A stretch of 32,000 bases of DNA from Synechococcus elongatus PCC 6301 (lineage in GTDB: Bacteria > Cyanobacteriota > Cyanobacteriia > Synechococcales > Synechococcaceae). Position numbers and translations under genes: made by a program. The stretch spans positions 2,310,001-2,342,000 of the forward strand of contig NC_006576.1 in the NCBI RefSeq assembly GCF_000010065.1. The letters are read 5' to 3'. Below the pieces are notes generated by a model. It ran no database searches. It saw nothing but the letters and a program-made list of their open reading frames with translations, and was not told where the DNA came from. Shown one piece after another: positions 17,435 to 27,500 of this stretch (position 1 is its first letter; each line of letters opens with the position of its first letter).

Positions 17435-18109
17435 ATGTTCCACAGCACCTTCGAGGGCTTGCCATCGACCCGTACTCGCTTCATGAAGCAGGTGAAGGAT
17501 GTTCAACAGGACATCCTCCGCATGGGAGCACTGGTCGAAAACTCTTGCTGGCTGGCTCGGCAAGCCCTGGTCGAGCGGGATTTGTCGGCACCGGATCAGA
17601 TCGACCAGCAAGATCAGGTGATCGATGCCCTCTACCGCAAGATTGAGCAGGACTGTCTGAGTCTGGTGGCGCTCCAGTCGCCCGTTAGCCGTGATCTGCG
17701 CATTTTGAGTGCGTTCATGCAGATCGTGCGAGACCTCGAGCGGATTGGTGACTACGCCGAAAACTTGGGCGAAATTGCGATTCGGCTGTTTGCTCTAGCC
17801 CCCCATCCGATCATTGAGCCTGTGGGGCTAATGCTGGAGCGATCGCGCTCGATGCTGGCCATGAGCCTGGCGGCGATCGCCAATATCGATGCGGAACTGG
17901 GGCGAGCCATTAAAGACAAAGATGATGCCGTCGATGCAGATTTTGACGCGCTCTACGATCGCCTCGTCCACGATTCCCAGGCGCAATTCAACCTAGAAGC
18001 AACAGTTTTGCTGGTACTGGTGATCCGCCACATTGAACGGATGGCCGACCACGCCACGAATGTCGGCCAGCGGATTTGCTTCATCCAGAGCGGCCGGATG
18101 CCGAACTAG
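17435..18109 (+). CDS. phoU: Phosphate-uptake regulator PhoU
   Basis: It has a two-repeat PhoU architecture with RDLERIGDYAENL and RHIERMADHATNV. The ATG at 17435 is preferred because the track start at 17297 would overlap psaM. Confidence 0.9.
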   Translation: MFHSTFEGLPSTRTRFMKQVKDVQQDILRMGALVENSCWLARQALVERDLSAPDQIDQQDQVIDALYRKIEQDCLSLVALQSPVSRDLRILSAFMQIVRDLERIGDYAENLGEIAIRLFALAPHPIIEPVGLMLERSRSMLAMSLAAIANIDAELGRAIKDKDDAVDADFDALYDRLVHDSQAQFNLEATVLLVLVIRHIERMADHATNVGQRICFIQSGRMPN

Positions 18110-18426
18110 ACCGGCCTCGATCGCAGGGGCACCGTAGAATAGACAAACGCCGTTGTTGCGTGATGCTGGTCTGCACCGTCTTTAAGAGCGATCGCTTAAG
18201 ATTTCGCCCTTGAGCCCAAGGAGAGTCAGCAAATCGCGCAAGGGTTCACCTGTCTACTCCGGCTGGCTATTCTCGTTGCCTTAGATTGGCAGCCCCGAAG
18301 GATTGGCACAGGTGCAGCCTCGTCTGAGCTGACAGTATTGTCCAACTGTCGTCACTGTCGCTTTCGCGATCGGCCCTCCGCTTCAGGCCATTGCCGCCCC
18401 TCAACTCCACCTCTATCCCCGACTCG

Positions 18427-20673
18427 ATGAACTTCTCGATTGCCACGCTTCTGACTCAGTTCAGTGAAGGAAAGTTTGTTGCCCCAAAACAGCTGGAAAA
18501 AAAACTGGGCTGTGAGGACGAGGACAAGAGCCGCAAATTGCAGATTATCTTGGACGCTTTGGACGCTTTGGAGCGTTTAGGGCTGTTGACCAAAGACCGA
18601 GGCAAATACCGGCGCAACGAAGAAAACGAGTGGGTAGAGGCGCGGTTGCGTTGCTCGAGCAAAGGCTTTTGCTTTGCTATTCAAGACGCTGAAGATGCGG
18701 AGGATATTTACATCCGCGAGCATCAGCTCAATCATGCCTGGAATGGCGATCGCGTTTTGGTGAACGTGCTGCGTGAGGGCAGTCGCCGTCGCAGTCCGGA
18801 AGGGGAAGTCAAGCTGATTCTGGAACGGGCAAACAGCAGCGTCTTGGCACGAATTACTGAAAAAGCTGAAGGCGAGGGCTTCCGAGCCGTCCCGCTCGAC
18901 GATCGCCTACTCTGTGAACTTGATTTAGAGAGTAACGGCCTTGATTTAGCCGCCAATCGTGATCACCTGGCGAGTGTGGCGGTTCAGCGCTATCCCTTGG
19001 CGCAACTGCCCCCCGTCGGTAAAGTAACCCAGATTTTGGGCAGTGACCCCGAGTCTGCTTCACCAGTCGACCTAATTCGTTGTAAGCACAACCTGCCGGC
19101 CGACTGGAGTGAAGCGGCGATCGCAGCGCTGACGGATTTGGCTCAAACGGCGGATGCCAATGCCATTCAAGGTCGCTTGGATTTGCGGTCTGTATTTACG
19201 GTGGCGATCGCAGCGGATGATTCCCGCCCGCTCGACGTTGCCCTGAGCCTGCAGCCGGGAGAATCTGGTGGATGGCAAGTGATGGTTCACACCGTTGAGG
19301 TGGCTCCTTATCTGCCGCTGCAGTCTGATTTGGATCTTGAAGCCCAGCGGCACGGGATTGATCTGCGTTTGGGCGAGACGGCCTTGCCCTTCCTGCCGCC
19401 CGTGCTGACTCAAGGGGTGGGTCGCTTTGCTGTGGGCGAGGATCGGCGCGCCGTCTCCTTGCTGATCCGCGTCGATGCGACGGGAGCTGTTCAGGACTAT
19501 GAACTGCAACCCAGTTTGGTGCAGCTCGATCAGGTGCTGTCTCCGGCTGAGGCAACAGATTTACTGGCTGACAGCAAAGCAAAGGGTGAAGGAATCAAAG
19601 CCCTTAAAGAGCTGCAGACGATCGCTGATCTGTGGCGAACCCAACGGCGGGAACGGGGCGGTTTTGAACTGACGGTGACGCCGGCGATCGGCAATGACGA
19701 GGGGGCGTTGGGCGTTATCTCGCGATCGCCCGCGATCGCTGGAGCAGTCCAAGAAATTCTGATTCAGGCCAATCGTCTGGTCACGGAACATCTGCAAGCC
19801 TTGGAGCTGCCAGTGCTCTACGTTGGGCAGCGATCGCCCGACCTCGGCAGCATTCAAGATGCCCAGCGGCTGGCAGCGGGTTTGGGCCTGGCGATCGAAG
19901 TTGATGAGAATGAGACCGAACTGAATCGCTTGGCGCTGCAGCAGTTGAGTGATGCGACCCAGACTTCCGAGCTGGCCAGCTTGCTTGACCATCTGCTGCT
20001 GCAAACCTTTAAGCCGAGCTTCTACAGTACTCTGGCCGTGCCCCACTTCAGCCTCGGCCTAGAAACCTATGGCCATTTTGTTGCCCCAAGCCAGCGCTAT
20101 GCCGACCTCTGGTTGCAGCGGGTGATCTTGGCACTATTCCAACAGGGTCGCGATCGCCGCTCTAGCCGCAGCAAAGAGGGCGTCAACATTCGTCACAGCA
20201 GCAGCCACGGCCAGATCAACTGGAGCGTGCTGCCACCGGAGGTGCAGACAGAACTCGAAACGGATCTGAAACTCCTAGCGCAGCAGCTCAGCGAAGCCGA
20301 AAAACGGGCTACCGAAGCCAGTGCAGACTACCAAGGGCTCCAGAAGGCGGCCGCCGCCAAGGCCTGCATTGGTCAGACTTTCGCTGGGGTGATTCGGGGC
20401 GTTCAATCCTACGGCTTCTTTGTTCAGATCGAAGCCTTGCAGGTTGAGGGACTGGTTCACGTCAGCTCGCCCAAGGACGACTGGTACGAATACCGATCGC
20501 GCCAGCAGCGGTTGATTGGCCGCAAGAATCGTCGTCAGTTTGGTTTGGGCGATCGCGTTGAGGTGGAAATTCGCAACGTCGATTACTACCGCCAGCAAAT
20601 TGACCTTGGGGTGCTGCCCTTGCCGGAAGCGCAGTCGGAAACCTCCGATCGCGAACCCTTGGAGATGCTGTGA
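18427..20673 (+). CDS. RNase II/R family 3'-5' exoribonuclease (RNB domain plus C-terminal S1 domain)
   Basis: The N-terminal cold-shock-like region reads GFCFAIQDAEDAEDIYI. The central RNB region reads HFSLGLETYGHFVAPSQRYADLWLQR. The C-terminal S1 fold reads GVIRGVQSYGFFVQIEALQVEGLVHVS. Confidence 0.9.
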   Translation: MNFSIATLLTQFSEGKFVAPKQLEKKLGCEDEDKSRKLQIILDALDALERLGLLTKDRGKYRRNEENEWVEARLRCSSKGFCFAIQDAEDAEDIYIREHQLNHAWNGDRVLVNVLREGSRRRSPEGEVKLILERANSSVLARITEKAEGEGFRAVPLDDRLLCELDLESNGLDLAANRDHLASVAVQRYPLAQLPPVGKVTQILGSDPESASPVDLIRCKHNLPADWSEAAIAALTDLAQTADANAIQGRLDLRSVFTVAIAADDSRPLDVALSLQPGESGGWQVMVHTVEVAPYLPLQSDLDLEAQRHGIDLRLGETALPFLPPVLTQGVGRFAVGEDRRAVSLLIRVDATGAVQDYELQPSLVQLDQVLSPAEATDLLADSKAKGEGIKALKELQTIADLWRTQRRERGGFELTVTPAIGNDEGALGVISRSPAIAGAVQEILIQANRLVTEHLQALELPVLYVGQRSPDLGSIQDAQRLAAGLGLAIEVDENETELNRLALQQLSDATQTSELASLLDHLLLQTFKPSFYSTLAVPHFSLGLETYGHFVAPSQRYADLWLQRVILALFQQGRDRRSSRSKEGVNIRHSSSHGQINWSVLPPEVQTELETDLKLLAQQLSEAEKRATEASADYQGLQKAAAAKACIGQTFAGVIRGVQSYGFFVQIEALQVEGLVHVSSPKDDWYEYRSRQQRLIGRKNRRQFGLGDRVEVEIRNVDYYRQQIDLGVLPLPEAQSETSDREPLEML

Positions 20674-21308
20674 GTTCGACCGATTCCCTTCCCCTCGTGC
20701 TAGGGGTCAGCGGAGCCTCGGGCATGATCTATGCGGTCCGGGCTCTGCGTCACCTCCTCTTGGCAGATCTGGCGGTTGACCTTGTCGCCTCTCGGGCTGC
20801 AGCTGAAGTCTGGCGATCGGAATCCCAAATTCCCTTTCCCTCTGCACCTGAGCTGCAAGAAAAGTTTTGGCGCGAGCAAGCGGGTGTGCCCGATCGCGGT
20901 CATCTGGTCTGCCATCGCAGCAGCAATGTCGGTGCACGCATTGCCAGCGGTTCTTTTCGAACGCGAGGCATGGTCATCCTGCCCTGCAGCATGAGTACGG
21001 TTGGCAAGTTAGCCTCAGGGGTCGGCAGCGATTTGCTCGAGCGATCGGCAGACGTCCACCTCAAAGAAGGGCGCTGCTTAGCAGTGGTGCCACGGGAAAC
21101 CCCCTTCAACCTGATCCATCTGCGCAACCTCACCACCTTGGCCGAAGCTGGGGCGCGGATCGTGCCAGCGATTCCTGCTTGGTACCATCAACCCCAAACC
21201 ATCGACGATTTGGTGGATTTTGTGGTGGCCCGCGTCTTGGATTGCTTCGGGTTGGACTGTGTTCCTCTCAATCGTTGGCAGGGCAATGTTGATCTAGCCG
21301 AGGATTAG
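20670..21308 (+). CDS. ubiX: UbiX-family flavin prenyltransferase
   Basis: Diagnostic segments: LVLGVSGASGMIYAVRAL, MVILPCSMSTVGKLASG, LAVVPRETPFNLIHLRNL. The GTG start overlaps the RNase stop by 4 nt (GTGA). Confidence 0.9.
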   Translation: MSSTDSLPLVLGVSGASGMIYAVRALRHLLLADLAVDLVASRAAAEVWRSESQIPFPSAPELQEKFWREQAGVPDRGHLVCHRSSNVGARIASGSFRTRGMVILPCSMSTVGKLASGVGSDLLERSADVHLKEGRCLAVVPRETPFNLIHLRNLTTLAEAGARIVPAIPAWYHQPQTIDDLVDFVVARVLDCFGLDCVPLNRWQGNVDLAED

Positions 21309-21310
21309 TC

Positions 21311-21907
21311 ATGCGCTCTGCGCTCGGACTTGGATTTTTGGCGATCGCGCTGGTGAGCGTGTTGCTGTTGATCAGTAACCTCGGCCTGCGCCTGCCGGTC
21401 TACTTTTTGACCCTGCAAACTCGTCCTCAACCCTTGGGACTCTGGTTGGTGTTGGCGATTGCGGCCGGCTTGCTCACTAGCGCTATCCTTCACCTTTGTC
21501 TGGGGTGGTTGGCATCGCCTGCAGGGGCGGCTCCAGCCAATGCAACGGCGGCTAATGCTACCGAACCGCGATCGCGACGACGCGGTGATTGGACTTTCAT
21601 GGGACGAGAAGCTGGGGGGCAACAACAACGCCGGAATTCCACTGCTGCCGACGCTCCCGAGCCTTGGGAAACCGCAGGCTGGTCGGCGCGAACCAGTGCA
21701 GAGGCGACACCGCCCCCGCGATCGCCTCGCCCTGAGGCATCGGCCTCCCCTCCGGCTGAACGCGTGATTGATACAGGCTTCCGGGTCATCAAACCGCCAA
21801 CTTCTGCTGCTGCAGAGCCCTCCCCAAACCGCCGCACGAACGCTGCGCCACCATCAGCAACTTCCACGGAAGACGATTGGGATTTTGTTGAGAAAGACGA
21901 TTGGTAG
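21311..21907 (+). CDS. Membrane protein with two N-terminal TM helices (LapA/DUF1049-like) and a Pro/Ala-rich tail
   Basis: 198-aa ORF starting 2 nt after ubiX. The TM segments are LGFLAIALVSVLLLISNLGL and LGLWLVLAIAAGLLTSAILHL. The C-terminal half is low-complexity. Confidence 0.6.
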   Translation: MRSALGLGFLAIALVSVLLLISNLGLRLPVYFLTLQTRPQPLGLWLVLAIAAGLLTSAILHLCLGWLASPAGAAPANATAANATEPRSRRRGDWTFMGREAGGQQQRRNSTAADAPEPWETAGWSARTSAEATPPPRSPRPEASASPPAERVIDTGFRVIKPPTSAAAEPSPNRRTNAAPPSATSTEDDWDFVEKDDW

Positions 21908-21967
21908 CGGAGCGGCGATCGGTAAGATCAACGCAACGCTGTCCTGTCTCACCCCCGATCAGTCCCG

Positions 21968-22402
21968 ATGTCTGAAGAACAAGTCGTCCCCACCCCCGAA
22001 GCAGCAGCCAAGCCTGCAGCTAAAAAAGAAAAGCCCCCTGCCCTCGAAGACAAACCTTTTAAAGAGTTTGTCCAGACTGATCTGTTACCCGCAGTGCAGC
22101 AAGCCCTGAGCGATCGCGGCTTAGCCGATCTCGACCTCCAATTTGTTGAGGCTCCGCTGCCGGTCACGGGCGATCGCTGTTGGCAGTTGCAGGGATCTTG
22201 GGCCAAGGGCCAGCGGCGCTTCCTGCTGGGTTTTAGTGAAGAAAGCCTAACTGCACCCAAGGTGTTTTCCTTAGCCGACGGCAAGGCTACTCCAGCGACC
22301 CTAGAAGCTTTCCTCGGCGATGAGCGCAAAATTACCCTGCCCCTGCTGCTCAATCGCATCCTCTCGCGTTTGAACGGTCAGAAATGGCTCGAGCAAAATT
22401 AA
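21968..22402 (+). CDS. Conserved cyanobacterial protein (DUF2996-like, from memory)
   Basis: 144-aa ORF. The Lys/Ala/Pro-rich N-terminus runs into KKEKPPALEDKPFKEFVQTDLLPAVQQAL, which matches my recollection of that family. Confidence 0.65.
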   Translation: MSEEQVVPTPEAAAKPAAKKEKPPALEDKPFKEFVQTDLLPAVQQALSDRGLADLDLQFVEAPLPVTGDRCWQLQGSWAKGQRRFLLGFSEESLTAPKVFSLADGKATPATLEAFLGDERKITLPLLLNRILSRLNGQKWLEQN

Positions 22403-22555
22403 CAAAGATGTAACACTTTGTCGTAACTCTTCACTCCCTGTCGGCCTTCCCTTTAGAGGCCGTTGATAGACTGAAGACGGTCTGGAGTTCTCACACGGCA
22501 GTGAGTGACTTGTGGCCATTTCAGGCGAACTTCACAACCAACTCCCAGCACAGCT

Positions 22556-23632
22556 ATGGTTGATTCCCTCCAAAAACCCGAACTCGAAGAATTGCGTCCG
22601 GGCATTAAGGCTCCTGCCAAAGAGACAATCCTGACGCCTCGCTTTTACACCACTGACTTTGAAGCGATGGCCAAGATGGATCTCTCGCCTAATGAGGATG
22701 AGCTACGGGCCATCTTGGAGGAGTTCCGCGCCGACTACAACCGCAAACACTTTGTCCGCACGCCGGAGTTTGATGGTTCAGCCGCTGACATGGACCCAGA
22801 GACCAAAAAGGTCTTTGTTGAATTCCTAGAGCAGTCCTGCACCTCCGAATTCTCTGGCTTCCTGCTCTACAAAGAGCTCAGCCGTCGCATCAAAAACCGT
22901 AACCCGCTCTTGGCGGAATGCTTTGAGTTGATGGCTCGTGATGAAGCTCGCCACGCTGGCTTCCTCAACAAGTCGATGAGCGACTTTGATCTGCAGCTCG
23001 ACCTCGGCTTCCTGACTGCTAATAAGAAGTACACCTACTTCAAACCGGCCTACATTTTCTATGCCACCTACCTGAGCGAGAAGATCGGTTACTGGCGCTA
23101 CATTACGATCTTCCGTCACCTTGAGCAGCATCCGGAATATCGGATTTACCCGATATTCAAGTTCTTTGAGAACTGGTGCCAAGACGAAAATCGTCACGGT
23201 GACTTCTTCGACGCCCTGATGAAGGCTCAACCTTCGACGGTGCGTGGCTTTGTTGCCAAACTCTGGTGCCGCTTCTTCCTGCTGGCAGTCTTCGCAACGA
23301 TGTACATCCGTGACGTCCAGCGTAAAGAGTTCTACGAAGCCTTGGGCCTAGATGCCCGTGAGTACGATCGCCACGTGATCGCCAAGACCAACGAGACTTC
23401 AGCTCGGGTCTTCCCAGTGGTTCTCGATGTCGATCATCCCAAGTTCTACGATCGCCTTGAAACCTGCATCGCCAACAACAACCAGTTGGCTGCAATCGAG
23501 GCAACAAGTGCACCTAAGCCAGTGAAAGTGCTGCGGAAGCTCCCCTACTACCTCTCCAATGGTCTGCAGCTCCTGAAGCTGTACTTGGTTAAACCGTTGG
23601 AGTCAGATGTCTACCAGCCTGCGGTTCGCTAA
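22556..23632 (+). CDS. acsF: Mg-protoporphyrin IX monomethyl ester oxidative cyclase (aerobic)
   Basis: The N-terminus [14 protein letters not shown] and the di-iron motifs [10 protein letters not shown] and [10 protein letters not shown] are present. The ATG at 22556 gives about 358 aa. Confidence 0.95.
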   Translation: MVDSLQKPELEELRPGIKAPAKETILTPRFYTTDFEAMAKMDLSPNEDELRAILEEFRADYNRKHFVRTPEFDGSAADMDPETKKVFVEFLEQSCTSEFSGFLLYKELSRRIKNRNPLLAECFELMARDEARHAGFLNKSMSDFDLQLDLGFLTANKKYTYFKPAYIFYATYLSEKIGYWRYITIFRHLEQHPEYRIYPIFKFFENWCQDENRHGDFFDALMKAQPSTVRGFVAKLWCRFFLLAVFATMYIRDVQRKEFYEALGLDAREYDRHVIAKTNETSARVFPVVLDVDHPKFYDRLETCIANNNQLAAIEATSAPKPVKVLRKLPYYLSNGLQLLKLYLVKPLESDVYQPAVR

Positions 23633-23656
23633 CGTTCAGCAGCCTTAGATTCCACC

Positions 23657-23697
23657 AAAGCAGGGTCGCTATCAGTTACCCTGCTTTACTATTTTCT
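23657..23697 (+). terminator. Rho-independent terminator after acsF
   Basis: A perfect 10-bp stem (AAAGCAGGGT at 23657-23666, ACCCTGCTTT at 23678-23687) encloses an 11-nt loop and is followed by ACTATTTTCT. Confidence 0.75.
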
Positions 23698-23795
23698 GAG
23701 TTCTAGCCTGCTTCCCAACTGAGAGCGATCGTGCTCAGAAGTTGACATTGTCCTTCTATGATGGGGAAGCTCTGAACTGTCCAATCCTTGACTCA

Positions 23796-24536
23796 ATGAC
23801 CTTGACGTCTTCTCAAAAACCTTTTCGGCTACTGGTGGGCGATCGTGAGGTTCAGGAAAGTGACTTAGCAGCACTGCTCCAAAAGCATCAACTCCTTCCA
23901 GAACTCGTCAAACGCATGCGCTTTGCGCAAGTTATTGAGGGGATTGAAGTCCAGCCCGATGTCCTTGAGCAGGAATGTCAGGCCTGGTGTAAGCAGAATG
24001 GCATTGCTCCACAACAGTTACCCCAACTGCTAGCGCAGCAGCAAATCTCGCTTGAGCAATGGATGTCATCGGTTGAAAATCGATTGCGCCTGCGCCTCTT
24101 TCAAGAACGTGAATTTAGCCACCGCGCTGAAAATCGCTTTCTCAAGCGGAAGAGCCAGTTGGATCTGGTGACCTACTCCTTACTCCGGCATTCGGATGGC
24201 CATCTCATTCAGGAGCTCTACCAGCAACTCTTGCATGGAGAAGCTACGTTTGAGGATTTGGCAACTCAATTTTCGCAAGGCCATGAGGCTAAGACGGCAG
24301 GTAAGTTGGGCCCTGTACCCTTGAGTCAGCCCCATCCAGCTCTTGCTGAAGTCTTGCGTACCGCCCAACCAGGGCAGATTCTCCCACCCCGGAATCTGGA
24401 ATCTTACTGGTTGATTATCCGCCTCGATCAGCTGCAGCCAGTGGCATTTAATGAGACAATTCGCCGGCAGATGCTGCAGGAATTGTTTGATGAATGGTTA
24501 GGTGCGGAAGTTCAGCAAACACTAAATACTCTGTAA
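23796..24536 (+). CDS. Parvulin-like (PpiC-type) peptidyl-prolyl isomerase domain protein with a SurA-like N-terminal region
   Basis: The C-terminal segment LLHGEATFEDLATQFSQGHEAKTAGKLGPV..PALAEVL..GQILPP..ESYWLIIRL follows the parvulin pattern (DF..LA...S......GG.LG), although degenerate. I prefer the ATG at 23796 over the track TTG at 23742. It is the first gene of the low-GC block. Confidence 0.65.
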   Translation: MTLTSSQKPFRLLVGDREVQESDLAALLQKHQLLPELVKRMRFAQVIEGIEVQPDVLEQECQAWCKQNGIAPQQLPQLLAQQQISLEQWMSSVENRLRLRLFQEREFSHRAENRFLKRKSQLDLVTYSLLRHSDGHLIQELYQQLLHGEATFEDLATQFSQGHEAKTAGKLGPVPLSQPHPALAEVLRTAQPGQILPPRNLESYWLIIRLDQLQPVAFNETIRRQMLQELFDEWLGAEVQQTLNTL

Positions 24537-24550
24537 GTTGTCCCTAAACA

Positions 24551-27500
24551 ATGGTTGCTATTCCTTCGAACCTCTGTGAACTTCTAGCAGGGCAAGCCTA
24601 TTTTCAGGCCTATCCTGCCGCGGCCTATGAACCGTGGCGAGCACAACTCCAGCTGGGTAAGTTTGCAGTTGGTCAACCTTTACTCCCCCCAGAGCAGCTG
24701 CCCAGTCATGTCTTAGTTGTCTTGAGTGGCCAGATTCGGGTTGTCTATCAGCCGGTGGGTCAGGTTCGAGGAATTAGCTTAGGCCGCTTCGGCGCTGGGG
24801 CTTGTCTTGGCTGGGCACCTCTGTTGCGGGGATGCCCCGGAGAAGCGAGTAGTGGATCTGAGGCAGGAGCTGTTCTCGCGATTCCAGCTGCTGCCTTCTT
24901 AGACATGCTGAAGCAGTTGCCAGACTTGGCTCAGGCTTTTGGCAGCCAAGCCGCGCCTAGTGAGGTGATGTCGGTTTTACAGGCCCAGTCTTGGCCCAGT
25001 CCACTCACCGTTCAGGAGTGGTCGGCCTTTGTCCAAGAGTTATTGCCCCAGACGCGGGTGCAGCTTGTGGATACGGTACATAGCGGTGCTAACACGCTGT
25101 TGTCTAGGGACTACGACTGGTATGTGAGTGGTAACAATGGCACCTCGGCGCTTGGTCTGCCGATTGATCTGGAGGCTGCGATTCCCTCGCCTAAGGGTAG
25201 TCTGGCCCTGCGCTTGCTTGGGTTGCCTGCAGGAACTGTTGCGCAACGGCAGACGCGCAACCACCATGACGCTGTAGGAACTTCAGAAGAACCTTCAACG
25301 GCTGCTACTACAGATAGTGCCACTGTTACCGATTCACCTTCGCCTTGGACCTCTACCGTCCCTGCTGATCTGTCAGCGGACCTCTACGACGGCAGTCAGC
25401 GCAGTCAAAAATTCCCAGTCGAGCGCGGAAATGATCCCGTGAGTGAGGCACAAGCCTGCCTCAAAATGATCGCGCGATCGCTCAAAATTCCTTTTCGCCG
25501 CGACCAAGTTCAACGCGTTATTGAAGAACAATATCGACGCCTCAAATCAATTTCTCTGCAAGAGCTCGCAGTGTTGCTGGAAATGCAGGCGCTGCGCAGT
25601 CAGATTTTGCAGCTACGTCTGGTTGATTTGCCCCGAGTGCCTTTACCTGCGCTGATTGCTTGGGAAGAAGGCCATGCTGTGCTTTACGCGGTTGATGCAA
25701 CTAGCATCACTTTTGCCGATCCTCGACAAGGCTTAATAACGCTTTCTTTGGCGGAATTTCAGCAGCGCTGGGGCAACGCTGGCACTATTTTGCTGGCCAC
25801 CAAAACCCAGTTCACCCAAAGTCAACGTTTTGGCCTGAGCTGGTTTTGGCCTTCAATCCAACGCTACCGAGTGCGCTTGATTGAGGTGCTGATTGCCTCA
25901 CTAGTCGTTCAGCTGTTTACGCTAGCCAATCCCCTAATTATCCAACAGGTGATTGACAAGGTTATCGGCCAAGGCAGTCTTAATAACCTCAATAGCTTTG
26001 CTGTCTTACTGGTTATCTTAGGTGTTTTCCAAGGGCTGCTCAGCAGCCTAAGAACCTATCTTTTTGCTGATACAACTAACCGTATTGACCTCAAGCTAGG
26101 CAGTGACATTATCGATCGACTACTGAAGTTACCTCTGCGCTATTTCGAGCGGCGACCTGTAGGGGAACTGAGTAGCCGGGTTCAAGAGCTGGAAAAAATT
26201 CGTAGTTTTCTGACTGGCACAGCTCTCACAACCGTGATGGATGCGATGTTCTCGGTCATCTACATCCTAGTCATGCTGGTTTATAGCTGGTTCTTGACAC
26301 TGGTTGCACTCTCGACAGTCCCCATCTTTGTAGCCATCACATTTTTTGCCTCGCCGGTAGTTAGACGGCAACTGCGGGAAAAAGCAGAACGGAATGCTGA
26401 AACACAGTCCCAACTTGTTGAGGTTTTGAGTGGTATCCAGACTGTTAAAGCTCAAAATATTGAACTCAAAGCCCGTTGGCAGTGGCAAGAGCGCTATGCC
26501 CGTTATATTGCCGCAGGATTCCGTAACATCAACACGTCAACTGCGGCGTCTTCACTCACCAATTTCTTTAACCAACTGTCAGGCTTACTCGTTCTTTGGG
26601 TGGGTGTGTATTTAGTATTCGACAACCAATTGAGCCTTGGTCAACTGATTGCATTCCGTATTATTTCTGGTTACGTTACCCAACCGTTATTACGACTCGC
26701 TCAGTTGTGGCAAAACTTCCAAGAGACAGCTCTATCGCTTGAGCGTTTGGCCGATATCGTTGACACCCCCCAAGAATCGGATGATGACGACCAGGGCAAG
26801 ATTCCAATGCCAATGATCAACGGCAAAGTTGAATTTCGGAATCTAAGCTTCCGCTTTGGCGAACAAGGGCCATTGCAGCTTTCGAACGTGACGCTGGAGA
26901 TACCTGCTGGTGAGTACGTTGGTATTGTTGGGCAGAGCGGCTCTGGCAAGAGTACCCTCATGAAACTTTTGCCAAGACTTTACTCGCCGCTTGAAGGTGA
27001 GATTTTGATTGATGGCTACGATATCAGCAAGGTTGGACTATATTCCCTTCGGCGCCAAATCGGCATTGTTCCTCAAGATAGTTTGCTTTTCCAAGGAACC
27101 GTCGAAGAAAATATCTCTTTAACGAAGCCGAATGCAACAACTGACGAAATCATTACTGCTGCTAAAGCGGCAGGTGCTCATGATTTCATCATGACTTTGC
27201 CTTTAGGCTATAACACTCGTGTTGGTGAGCGTGGTGGTGCCCTTTCGGGCGGCCAACGACAACGAATTGCGATCGCTAGAACCGTCTTGCAAAATCCTCA
27301 GCTTTTGATCCTTGACGAGGCAACGAGCGCCCTAGACTATGATACGGAGCGTCAGGTCAGCATCAACCTCCAACAACATTTCCGGGGCAAAACAGTATTC
27401 TTCATTACTCACCGCCTAAGTACAGTCCGACATGCTGACCGAATTATCGTTATGGATAAGGGAGCTATGGTTGAACAGGGTAGCCATGATGAATTAATGG

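Noticed and set aside
18550-18576. A 9-bp tandem repeat (TTGGACGCT x2, then TTGGAGCGT)
   Set aside because: It lies inside the RNase CDS and simply encodes LDALDALERL. It is a trivial in-frame helical repeat.
19072-20046. Antisense ORFs inside the RNase II/R gene (19072-19509, 19196-19582, 19561-20046)
   Set aside because: The reasoning is the same: mutually overlapping, low-complexity Arg/Pro/Gln-rich translations opposite a well-supported CDS.
21459-21867. Overlapping ORFs (21459-21767 plus strand, 21490-21867 minus strand) within the Pro/Ala-rich membrane-protein gene
   Set aside because: They are artefacts of GC-rich low-complexity sequence. The frame starting at 21311 has credible TM helices and is tightly coupled to ubiX.
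22410-22427. GTAAC-N8-GTAAC upstream of acsF, considered as an NtcA site
   Set aside because: NtcA sites are palindromic GTA-N8-TAC. This is a direct repeat and lacks the TAC half-site.
23633-23795. A search for small double-glycine-leader or other cargo ORFs next to the exporter (also 24537-24550, 27554-27594, 28921-28935 and 31118-31210)
   Set aside because: Only ORFs of 7 codons or fewer, or in-frame 5' extensions, were found. No candidate substrate peptide is encoded in these gaps.
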